Source: Eledone cirrhosa
Lineage: Eukaryota
Assembly (NCBI GenBank): GCA_964016885.1
Contig: OZ024760.1
Coordinates: 26,908,001 to 26,972,000 of the forward strand
DNA: 64,000 nucleotides
Direction: 5' to 3'
The notes under the pieces were generated by a model that had not been told where the DNA came from, ran no database searches, and saw nothing but the letters and a program-made list of their open reading frames with translations. Shown here piece by piece: positions 52,820 through 64,000 of this stretch. How positions within the stretch are numbered: position 1 is the first letter of the stretch; the number at the start of each line of letters is the position of its first letter. The position numbers and the translations under genes were made by a program.

Positions 52820-54459
52820 CCCCATCAGGTGTAATGACTTGGGCTCTGTTGTTGGTGTAGAGCAGTGATATCAGGTCCACTATCTTCTTGGGGATTCCAT
52901 AAGCCTGTAAGATCTTCATCAGGCAGTGACGGTCCACAGAAACAAAGGCCTTCCTAAAGTCAATGGAAACCATGACCGCAGGAAGGCACTTTGCTCTAGC
53001 TCCCTCTAATAACCTCCTCAGCATCAGGATGTGATTGGTGGTTGATCTTCCCTCTCTGAAGCCATTCTGGTTGTCCCTGAGCTTCTTCTCCATCTCAGGC
53101 TGGATCCTGTTAAGAATCATCCTGTTGAGGGTCTTTGTCACAAGTGACGTCAGTGAGATCCCCCGGTAGTTGTTGGTGTTAGAGAGATCTCCCTTCTTTG
53201 GCACTGGGACGATGTTACTGATCCTCGACTGATTTGGGGCAACTCCTTTCTCCAGTGCCTGGTTACAGAACCCCAGGATGATATCATCAAAATCACACCT
53301 CTTCATCACCTCTGATGCCACTCTGTCTTCTCCATGAGCCTTGCCCTCCTTGATGCTCCTCTTGGCTCGCTGAAGCTCCTCTCTGGGGAAGGGCTCTGTC
53401 TCAATATCCAGTTCTTCAAACAGCCACCTGATCTCCCCAGTGCTCTGGGCTGTGGAGGGTGGCTCTCCTAGTAGGGTCCTAAAATGAGTCATTAGTCATT
53501 ACAAGTCATTACACCTGATGGGATGACAGAGTTCTTTGAGATAGTGGCTGGAGTGCTCCAGGGAGATACATTGGCTCCCTACCTTTTTATCATTGTAGTA
53601 GACTATTGTATGTGCCTTGCACTGGAGAAACACCAGGACTCTTGTTTTACTGTAACACTGGCTCAGAGCAGGAGAGTTAGGGTGAAAAAGATATCAGATG
53701 CTGAATTCGCCGACGACATAGTTTTGGTGACAAATACAGTGAAGGAGGCAGAGGAATAGATGTGGGAGGTTGAGACTGTGTTGATGAGTGTGGGGCTGAG
53801 AATGAATGAGACTAAAACAAAATATCTGGTAGAGAATGTTGAGAAGCCAGAGGGGATCACTAATGTAGACGGCAAGCCGCTAGAATTGGTTGAGGACTTC
53901 CTGTATTTGGGAGCAAAGATTGGGAATACGGAAGATGATGTGGTTGAGAGGAAGAGCAAAGCCTGGGTGGTGTGCCACAGCTTGAGATCGGTGTGGAAGT
54001 CGGACCTTCGTAAAGACCTGAAAATCCGCCTCTTCATTGCCTTAGTCTGTGCTGCTGTACAGGTCTGAGACTTGGACACTGACCAAGAAACTCATTCAGA
54101 TGGTGGATGTGTGTTACACGAGAATGCTGAGGATGGCTCTGAACATTAATCAATATACACTGAGGATGAAAAACTCAGAGCTGTTTAGGAGCCTCCCAAA
54201 AGTCAGCTCAAAAGTGACACAGAGGAGACTGAGGTTAGCTGGACATGCTCACCGACATCCAGAGTTGACATTGCACTCAGTGCTCTTGTGTGAGCCCCTA
54301 CATGGACACACTGGAAGAAGAAGACCAAGGTTAACGTATGTTGATGCCCTAAGGACAGACACTGGTCTATTGGAAACGCAGGACATGGCAGCGATAATGA
54401 GGGACAGAGACCGCTGGAGAGAACTCGTCCATGGATCTCGGGAATTTTACCCGCTCTAA
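52817..54459. mobile_element. RTE-clade LINE family D with 5' inversion (52817-53494 minus; 53502-54459 plus)
   Basis: RT N-half (YRGISL, QNGF, DFRKAF) on the minus strand; QGDTLAP, FADD, YLG and RRLRLAGH on the plus strand. (TA)n flanks. Confidence 0.9.
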
Positions 54460-54603
54460 AAAATATATATATACACATTTATGATTATTGAGTAAAATGG
54501 CAGGAGGCCGGACTGGTGAAATTCCTTCAAAGATTAATTATAGCAAACACTATGTACATTTCAATGACAAAGTTCCGTAAGATCCTAGAGACACAAAACC
54601 TAA

Positions 54604-54641
<38 letters not shown>

Positions 54642-54659
54642 ATGTTATATTGGTACCAC

Positions 54660-55940
54660 AAAACAGCCAGTCCACACTGTAAAGTGGTCATGTTGGAGAC
54701 CCAGTAAAAAGCACCCAGTCCACACTGTAAAGTGGTCATGTAGGTGACAAAACAAAAACTACCCAGTCCACACTGTAAAGTGGTCATGTAGGTGACAAAA
54801 CAAAAACTACCCAGTCCACACTGTAAAGTGGTCATGTAGGTGACAAAACAAAAACACCCAGTCCACACTGTAAAGTGGTCATGTAGGTGACAAAACAAAA
54901 ACACCCAGTCAACACTGTAAAGTGGTCATGTAGAAGACATGGTAAAAACTACCCAGTCCACACTGTAAAGTGGTCATGTAGGTGACAAAACAAAAACACC
55001 CAGTCCACACTGTAAAGTGGTCATGTAGGTGACAAAACAAAAACTAACCAGTCCACACTGTAAAGTGGTCATGTAGGTGACAAAACAAAAACACCCACTT
55101 CACACTGTAAAGTGGTCATGTAGGTGACAAAACAAAAACACCCAGTACACACTGTAAAGTGGTCATGTAGAAGGCATGGTAAAAAGTACCCAGTCCACAC
55201 TGTAAAGTGGTCATGTAGGTGTCACACCCAAAAGTACCCAGTCCACACTGTTAAGTGGTCATGTAGGTGACACAACAAAAAGTACCCAGTCCACACTGTA
55301 AAGTGGTCCTGTAGGTGTCACAACAAAAAGCACCCAGTCCACACTGTAAAGTGGTCATGTAGGTGTCACACCAAAAAGTACCCAGTCCACACTGTAAACT
55401 GGTCATGTAGGTGTCACAACAAAAAGCACCCAGTCCACACTGTAAAGTAGTCATGTAGGTGTCACAACAAAAAGCACCCAGTCCACACTGTAAAGTGGTC
55501 ATGTAGGTGTCACACCCAAAAGTACCCAGTCCACACTGTTAAGTGGTCATGTAGGTGACACAACAAAAAGTACCCAGTCCACACTGTAAAGTGGTCCTGT
55601 AGGTGTCACAACAAAAAGCACCCAGTCCACACTGTAAAGTGGTCATGTAGGTGTCACACCAAAAAGTACCCAGTCCACACTGTAAACTGGTCATGTAGGT
55701 GTCACAACAAAAAGCACCCAGTCCACACTGTAAAGTAGTCATGTAGGTGTCACAACAAAAAGCACCCAGTCCACACTGTAAAGTGGTCATGTAGGTGACA
55801 CAACAAAAAGTACCCAGTCCACACTGTAAAGTGGTCATGTAGGTGACACAACAAAAAGTACCCAGTCCACACTATAAAGTGGTCATGTAGGTGTCACAAC
55901 AAAAAGCACCCAGTCCACACTGTAAAGTAGTCATGTAGGA
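54660..55940. repeat. 48/49-bp minisatellite, about 26 copies, from the RTE 3'UTR
   Basis: Unit CCCAGTCCACACTGTAAAGTGGTCATGTAGGTG..CAAAAAG.A; about 288-bp higher-order duplication. Confidence 0.92.
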
Positions 55941-55950
55941 GTCACATACC

Positions 55951-56497
55951 ACTGGAAGTCTGGCCTGATGGTCAAGACATGTCTTACCATAGTGGAGACA
56001 GGCTACTGGAAGTCTGGCCTGATGGTCAAGCCAAGTCTTACCATAGGGGAGACAGGCTACTGGAAGTCTGGCCTGAGGGTCAAGCCAAGTCTTACCATAG
56101 GGGAGACAGGCTACTGGAAGTCTGGCCTGATGGTCAAGCCAAGTCTTACCATAGGGGAGACAGGCTACTGGAAGTCTGGCCTGATGGTCAAGCCAAGTCT
56201 TACCATAGTGAAGCCATGCTACTGGAAGTTTGGCCTGATGACCGCACCATACCTTACCATAGTGGAGACATGCTACTGGAAGTTTGGCCTGATGGTCAAG
56301 CCAAGTCTTACCATAGGGGAGCCATGCTACTGGAAGTCTGACCTGATGACCGCACCATACCCTACCATAGGGGAGACATCCCACTGGAAGTCTGGCCTGA
56401 TAGCCGCACAAAGTCTTACCATAGTAGAGACATGCTACTGGAAGTCTGGCCTGATGGTCAAGCCGAGTCTTATCATAGTGGAGACATGCTACTGGAG
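55951..56497. repeat. 54-bp minisatellite, about 10 copies
   Basis: Unit ACTGGAAGTCTGGCCTGATGGTCAAGCCAAGTCTTACCATAGGGGAGACAGGCT. Confidence 0.9.
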
Positions 56498-56689
56498 TGT
56501 AGCTTGATGGCTACACCATACCTTGCTCTATATCGGGACGGTTGCTGTTGTTTGGGATCTGGCCTCGCCAGTCCTTACTCATAAAGGGGCCATGCTACTG
56601 GGTGGTCCTACCATCAACCCCGTTTACAGTGTTGAGGTGGGTGGCGCCGTTATAAGAGCGGTCTGGGGCTGAGTTGTCATCATGGGTCT

Positions 56690-57310
56690 TTTGTCGTGTG
56701 TTGTGGCATAAGAGGTCTCAGTGTTGTGTCATTTTGATTGGGAAGTTCAGCTGAGCCAGGTCAGCCTTTATCATTTCATCTCATATCTTCCTCTTTTGGG
56801 GCATCCTACAATCTCTAATGCTCTGTACCTTTTTATCAGCTGTCATCCATCATGCATATTGTGTGTCTATACCACTGCAGTCTTCTCTCCTGCACACAGC
56901 ATTTGATCCCTCTTGTGCCCAGTTTTGCTCTCAATTCATTTACATTTTGCTGTTCACACACACTACTATTAGACATCCGTCTAATCATGCAGGCCTCATT
57001 TCTTTCCAATCTCTGTAGATCCATGGCATGCAGTGCTCCTGTTTTGCTTCCATATAGCATTGCTGTGTGCATACTGGCATCATACAGCTTCCCTTTTATG
57101 TTGCATTAGAGACCTTTTGTAGCTAGCAATGGCAGAAGCTCCTTGAACTTTTTCCATCCTCTCTTTACTCTGGCAATTGTTCTTTCTGTGCAACCACCTC
57201 CTCTAGTGATTTGGTTACACAGGTAGCAGAAGCTATCAACTATTTCTATGGGGTTTCTCTGTCCATTTAAAGGAGCTTGCTTCCTGGGGGTCTTTGCTTA
57301 CTGCCCCTGT
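56690..57310 (-). mobile_element. Old RTE-B-like fragment
   Basis: AMLYGS..RLERNEACM..QERRLQWY. Confidence 0.8.
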
Positions 57311-57429
57311 AAGTTGGAAGTCGTATCATGACTGACATGTGTAAAATCAGTCGGCTCAAATTTGCAGACGACATGGTGTTACTTAATTCGACAGAAGGTG
57401 ATATCCAACTTTTTTTGCAGGAGCTGGTG

Positions 57430-57935
57430 CAGTAATGCGCCAGCTCCAGTAATCAGAAGAGGGGAGGTAACTATCTTCAATTCGGTATTCGTGCCAACCC
57501 TTACCAATGGTCAAGAATCTTGGGTAATGACTGAAAAAATACAATTGTGAATACAAGCAGCCGAAATGGGGGTTCCTCTGAAGAGTCCTTGGAGTAATGT
57601 TACCCAATAAAGTGCATAGCTCAGAGATCAGAGAGTCACTCCAGGTAGAGCTGCTACTTCTCCAGATTGAGAGACCACAGCTCTGATACTATGGACATGT
57701 GGTTAGAATGTCTCAGGAAAGAATCACTGGACAGATTTTACAGACGAAACCAACTGGCAGGAGACCCAGGGGTAAGCCCCGAGCAAGATGGTTGGATAAC
57801 ATCCATGAGCTTGGCTGGTCTTTCTTGGAGATCCAGCCAGATCAGTTGGAGATGGTTGCTTGTGACAGGACACGATGGTGGGAGTGTTTGAGGACTCTGC
57901 CCCCATGACCCTCTCAGGAATAAGAGGGTTAAGAA
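57430..57935 (+). mobile_element. RTE family E 3' fragment
   Basis: VPTLTNGQESW..; RMSQER..GRRPRGKPRARWLD. Confidence 0.8.
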
Positions 57936-57947
57936 GATATATATATA

Positions 57948-58285
57948 AGCACATGGCTTAGTGGTAAGAGCATTGGGCTTCTAATCGAAAGGTTGTGAGT
58001 TCAATTCTCAGACCGAGTGATGTGTTGTTTCTTTGAGCAAGACACTTTATTTCACATTGCTCCAGTTTACTCAGCTGTGGAAGTGAAATGATAGGACTGG
58101 GGTCCATATCATTCCACTGTAGAGTGGTCGTGGAGGTGCCACGACAAAAAAGCCCCCAGCACTCACTGTAAATGAGGTTGGTGTTAGGAAGGGCATCCAG
58201 CTGTAGAAATCAAGCCAGAATCAGTTCCTGTCCCACCCTTGCAAGCAGGGAAAGGTGGACATAAAATGATGATGATGATGATGAT
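57948..58285 (+). mobile_element. SINE family 1
   Basis: Near-full copy. Confidence 0.88.
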
Positions 58286-58858
58286 ATACTGAGAGAGAGA
58301 GACAGAGAGAAAGTGCAATTAAATTGAACCAATTTACCCAATGACAATCAACAGAAAAAAACACCACCACCACCATCATCATTGCCACTAACATCACCAC
58401 CACCAACATCACCATCACCACCAACACCACCACCACCACCATCACCACCACCACCACCACCATCACCAACATCACCATCACCACCACCACCACCACCATC
58501 ATTGCCACTAACATCACCACCAACAACAACACCACCACTACTACCACCACCACCACCACCATCATTGCCACTAAAATTACCCCCCCTCCCCCACACACAC
58601 CACCACCACCACAATAACCACAACAGAAATAACTGCACGTAAACACAAAATATTTCTGTTCCATTGTGAGAACATTTTTCTACTCCAGTTGACGCTAGGT
58701 TGGTGAAGTCAATGTGGGTGGCTGGCCATGAAACTAGATCTCTAACATCAACCAGGCACTGACAAAATTCCATCTCTGGTGTGTAATTTATGTGTGTGTA
58801 TATATATGCATGTGTGTGTGTGTGCGCGTGTGTGTGTATATATATATATAGAGAGAGA

Positions 58859-59190
58859 GAGGCACATGGCTTAGTGTTTAGAGCATTGGCCTTGCAATCG
58901 AAAGGTTGTGAGTTCAATTCTCGGACCGGGTGATGTGTTGTTTCCTTGAGCAAGACACTTTATTTCACATCGCTCCAGTTTACTCAGCTGTAGAAATGAG
59001 ATGATAGGGACTGGGGTCCCTATCATTCCACTGCAAAGTGGTCGTGGAGGTGCCACGGCAAAAAAGCACCCACCACTCACTGTAAATGAGGTTGGTGTTA
59101 GGAAGGGCATCCAGCTGTAGAAATCAAGCCAGAATCAGTTCCCGTCCCACCCTTGCAAGCAGGGAAAAGCGGACGTAAAATGAAAAAAAA
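58859..59190 (+). mobile_element. SINE family 1
   Basis: Full copy. Confidence 0.9.
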
Positions 59191-59543
59191 AAAATTATCA
59201 TCATCATCATCATTTAACATACATCTTCCACGCTAATATCATCATCTCATTTGTTGTGCTCATAGTTTTTGGTAGTAGTATATATACTGGTTGGATACGC
59301 TTCCTAACACCAGCACCACTTTACAGGATGGACTGGGTGCTTTTATTTGTGCCACCAGCACTAGAGAGGTTGTGTTACTGGACTCAGGGGCCCTTTCTAC
59401 CCCACCATTTTTACAGCATGGACTGGGTGCTTTTATTCGTGCCACCATATATATATGTAAAAAGTAAACATAAATAACAATACAATTAGTACAGTATATA
59501 GAAGGAATATATTAGTTTAACGCTTGATATAGCAGGAAGAGGG

Positions 59544-59579
59544 TCTTAACGTTTCGGATGCTAGTCCTTCATCAGAAGA
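59544..59579 (-). ncRNA. Minimal hammerhead (F2)
   Basis: Reverse complement reads TCTT-CTGATGA-AGGActagcaTCC-GAAA-CG-TT^AAGA. Confidence 0.75.
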
Positions 59580-59872
59580 AAGAAAGAGAAATTAGAAAGA
59601 TTGAAGGGATGGACAGAATCAGAAAAAATGTTTTAGAGAAAATTGACAGGTCCATTCATGTTGACATCTGGAAAACTGTTGATGCTGGCATTTTGTGTAT
59701 GATATAATTTTTTAGAAAAGTGGATGATGGATGCATATATTTATATATATATATATAGGAACGAGTAGGACCCCGACGGCTGAGCTCAAGCCGTTTTGAC
59801 GGCTAATTCTGGACAAAAATATATATATATGTATGTATATATGTATATATGTATGTATATATATGTATATAT

Positions 59873-60197
59873 GGAGGCACATGGCTTAGTGGTTAGAGCA
59901 TTGGCCTTGCAATCGAAAAGTTGTGAGTTCAATTCTCAGACCGGGTGATGTGTTGTTTCCTTGAGCAAGAGACTTTATTTCACATTGCTCCAGTTTACTC
60001 AGCTGTAGAAATAAGACCACTGCAAAGTGGTCGTGGAGGTGCCACGGTAAAAAAGCACCCAGCACTCACTGTAAATGAGGTTGGTGTTAGGAAGGGCATC
60101 CAGCTGTAGAAATCAAGCCAGAATCAGTTCCCGTCCCACCCTTGCAAGCAGGGAAAAAGCGGACGTAAAATGAAATGATGATGATGATGATGATGAT
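59873..60197 (+). mobile_element. SINE family 1 lacking the internal hairpin
   Basis: Deletion of GATAGGGACTGGGGTCCCTATC. Confidence 0.88.
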
Positions 60198-60892
60198 ATA
60201 CATACATATATGTCAGGTCACCAGTTGGTGCTACTAGTAACATGTATCCCAGTACAACCTGTCTCATGGTCGGGTCGTTGGCGACTAAACTGGCAACCCC
60301 ACCAAGGTTTCTTGGTGAGGAGGGTGACTTTGGACATCCTGCAGGACTAAAAACAAAACCTGTCAAAGAGCAAAGGAGCTGTTAAGAGTCAATGGCCATC
60401 CAAAATCACCGGGAGAGATGACCCCTTAGCCTTTGTCAAGGCAGAATTCTAGGAGAAGGAAAACTCTGATATAACACCTGCAACCCTGATGGTATCCAAT
60501 GATGTTGACGTGTTCTTCTTTTTGGTAAATATCATCTTGGTTAAGAGAGTGGGACTGGCTTTGTGCAGTGCCTTTGCTCACTATAAAAGCTTCACGGCAC
60601 AGGCATTACTTTATATATGGAGATCTCTCTGCACTTGTCGTCACATGGTACCATGGGCCCAGCACTATGTGTCAATAATTGTCACAAGTGTAGTGTCTGT
60701 ACCAGAGTTTTCAAGTCGCTGGCTGGACTAAAAAGTCACACTCGTTCAGAGCATCGGTAGGGGTTCTCCTACATGGATATAAGGTAGTGGCCATACTCGA
60801 AAACGAGTTGGCAGCCACCATATATATATATATATACATATGTATATATACATATATATATATACATATGTATATATATATATATATATATA

Positions 60893-61523
60893 TGTTTACT
60901 TGAGAGAAGATTACATTGGTATGGTCACGTGATGCGCATGAAAGATGACAGCTGTATAAAAAAGTGCAGGGCAATCAAAATTGATGGAAGTTACGGAGTA
61001 GGTAGACCCAGAAAAATCTGTGACGAGGTGATAAATTCCGACCTTACACACTTACACCTCTCTAAGACAATGTCACTGGACAGAGATGTTTGGCGCTTCG
61101 CAGTATTATAGAAGACCCAACTTCCTTACGTGCAAAGTTAACCTACAGTCAGTAGGCACCTCCAAACTAGACATACTCTCCAACCCACTACCCCACTCCA
61201 TCCGCCCACTCTCGCCAACACCACCCTTTCGCTATAAATTTATGTTGGTACCACAACATCCAGTCCAAACTAATGAGGTCGTGTAGGTGTCACGACAAAA
61301 AACACACACAGTCCACACTGTAATGTGGCCGTGTAGGGAACACGGTAAAAACCTCCCAGTCCACACTGTAAACGTGGTTGGTGTTAGGAAGGGCATCCAA
61401 CCGTTGAAAACCTGCCAGACAGTCCTATACGAGCAAGTCAACCAATCTGGCCTCAAGTGGGAAAATTCCCGTCCAAACCCATGCAAGCGTGGAAGATGGT
61501 CGTTAAACGATGATGATGATGAT

Positions 61524-61525
<2 letters not shown>
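60893..61525 (+). mobile_element. RTE family A 3' fragment
   Basis: MRMKDDSCIKKCRAIKIDGSYGVGRPRK, then 3'UTR and tail. Confidence 0.88.
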
Positions 61526-61563
<38 letters not shown>

Positions 61564-61766
61564 CATACAACATATATATATATTTATACATACATATATA
61601 TGTATATATATATATAAGGGTTAAAATACTGGAGTGTGTTGGAGTTAAACACCCTCTTCGTATTATAGAAATGACAGTAAAAGGTATAGCTCAATGTAGT
61701 TAAACAGAGCCGAAAAATTAAGAGAGTAAAACAAAGAAGCCTTCAATACATCAAAAGTCTTTATTA

Positions 61767-61804
61767 GCCGACAATGTTTCGTCCTATTAAGGACTCATCA
61801 GGGC
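61767..61804 (-). ncRNA. Canonical type I hammerhead (F10) in element 61618-62590
   Basis: Reverse complement reads GCC-CTGATGA-GTCC ttaata GGAC-GAAA-CATTG-TC^GGC. Confidence 0.85.
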
Positions 61805-62501
61805 AATTAAAACAAGAAGAAGTAATATCGGCAGATACAAGCCGGAAACTCCGAAGAATATGGAGTGTACATAGACTAAAGTATTGCAAAAATATATAAT
61901 AAAAATAATAAAAATATATAATAAAAATTACTAAGGATGTATATAACATTAAGAACCATATTACAAATATAGTCCAAAGCAAAAAACCTAGAGCTAGACA
62001 AAGGTGGTTATATAGAGCAGGAATTATATATAATACAATGTAATATATTATAATATAATATAATATAATATACCTTTACCAACATTAAAATTACAATAAA
62101 AATCAAAAGGTACAATATGCATATGTATATATGTGCACACACGTACACACACATACACATACAACAATACACACATTCATCCTCAACTGCACAAATTAAA
62201 CCTTATTAAGAGTTTGAATATAAAAATAAGCATGATAGGAATGAAAATAATAATAATAATATTACTAATACGTCTACCCAATATAGATGAGGTAATAATA
62301 TGATATAATTATAAGTAGCACATATAATAAATAATAAATAATACAGTTATATGCTATATAATACAATATAATAGGATAGATAATCTCCGGTTAATTTACA
62401 CAAACAATATAGATGTCACAATAATAATATAATAATAATATATTAACATTTACAATATACAATATACTAACATTTATAATAAACAATATAAAGGTATAAT
62501 T

Positions 62502-62539
62502 GCCCTGATGAGTCCTTAATAGGACGAAACATTGTCGGC
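62502..62539 (+). ncRNA. Canonical type I hammerhead (F10), inverted copy
   Basis: Same sequence; about 90-bp arms at 61718-61808/62498-62589. Confidence 0.85.
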
Positions 62540-62844
62540 TAATAAAGACTTTTGATGTATTGAAGGCTTCTTTGTTTTACTCTCTTAATATATATATATA
62601 TATATGTATGTTTAAATATATATATATATATGTATGTATAAATATATATATATATGTATGTATGTATGTATAAATATATATATGTATGTATGTATGTATA
62701 AATATATATATGCCTCAAGTGGGACAACTCCTGTCTAACCCATGCTAGTGTGGAAGATAGACGTTAAACGATGATGATGGTGATGATATGAGGATGATGA
62801 TATATATATATATATATATATATCACATCATAATATATATATAT

Positions 62845-64000
62845 ATTTTATCAACCCCGTAAGGATGAAAGGCAAAGTTAACCTCAGCGGGATTTGAACT
62901 CAGACCGTAAAGGGCCGTAACTCTATGCTGCAAAGCATGGCGTCTGATGCTCTACCGACACTACCTATCCACTGCCATGATAATGACGAAGAATCAGAGG
63001 AGATTAGATAGAGTGGGGGTGGGTGGGTGGGTAGAATAAAGAAAGAAGCTGTTATGGAACATGTTTGTAAAAAAAGCATAATTAAAGATGACATGGTGAT
63101 GAGATCTGAGAGACGAGTAAATACAATAAGAATTGGTGACCTATAGTTGTATGCTATATAATCTTTACCTCTTTCAATGCCCCCCCCCACTCCGTTATTT
63201 GCTTTTGTCTCGTTTTTTTTTTATTTTTCTTCCTTCCTTTTTTCCCCTCCTTCCTTTATTTCACTGTTTCTAGTTTTTTTTTTAATTTTATTTTTCATTC
63301 TTTTTATTCTTTTTTTCTTTCCTTTCTTCGCCTTTTTTTAATTTATTTTTTTCATTTAAAATAATTGTTTCTACTTTTGGCACAAGGCCAGCAATCACCC
63401 CACTGCATTACTGGTACTTTATCTTATCGACCTGGTAAGGATGAAAGGCAGAGTTAACCTTGGCGGGATTTGAACTCAGACCATAAAGGGCCGTAACTCT
63501 ATGTTGCAAAGCATGGCGTCCGACCCTCTACCGATACTGCCAATCCACCATTTAAAATAATATTAATAATAATTGTTTCTACTTTTGGCACAAGGCCAGC
63601 AATTACCTCCAGTGTATTACTGGTATTTTATTTTATCGACCCGGTAAGGATGAAAGGCAAAGTTATAATAATAATAATGGTTTCAGATTTAGGCGCAAGG
63701 CCAGTAATTTGGTGGGGAGAGGAAAGTTGATTAAATCGACTCCAGTGCATTACTGGTACTTTATTTTATCGACCCCGTAAGGATGAAAGGCAAAGTTAAC
63801 CTTGGCGGGATTTGAACTCAGAATGGCAAGGGCCGTAACTCTATGCGTCAAAGCAGGGCGTCCGACCCTCTACCGATACTGCCAATTCACATATAATTAT
63901 TTCTACTTTAGGCACAACGCCAGCAATTTTGGGGGAGGAGAAAGTCGATTAAATCTACCCAGTGCATTACTGGTACTTTATTTTATCAACCCTGTAAGGA
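62845..64000 (-). mobile_element. Cluster of about five SINE family 2 copies
   Basis: Copies at 62845-62975, 63360-63550, 63567-63665, 63670-63890 and 63895-64000. Confidence 0.85.

Overview
AT-rich, almost entirely repetitive animal DNA. It is most likely intronic or intergenic sequence from an octopod cephalopod, inferred from the style of the SINEs, RTE elements and (ATG)n tails and not proven. I can support no intact host gene. Nearly every ORF in the track is a microsatellite or minisatellite artefact or a decayed retrotransposon fragment. The window holds about five families of RTE-clade LINEs, including one near-full-length disrupted copy at about 26.5-29.9 kb; two of the families carry a C4HC3 PHD finger inside the RT region. 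It also holds several tRNA-derived SINE families, one non-autonomous Helitron, Mariner- and pogo-like MITE remnants, and large minisatellites amplified from LINE/SINE 3' ends. The most notable signal does not show in the ORF track: about 22 type I hammerhead ribozyme cores from about 10 sequence-unrelated families. They lie in short ORF-less elements inserted into (TA)n microsatellites, often as fold-back (inverted) copies, and most have a self-complementary helix III. This architecture matches Penelope-like element (PLE) termini. One fold-back apex lies exactly at the predicted cleavage site. All folds were read by eye, and coordinates are hand-counted (a few bp of error, more at degenerate ends).
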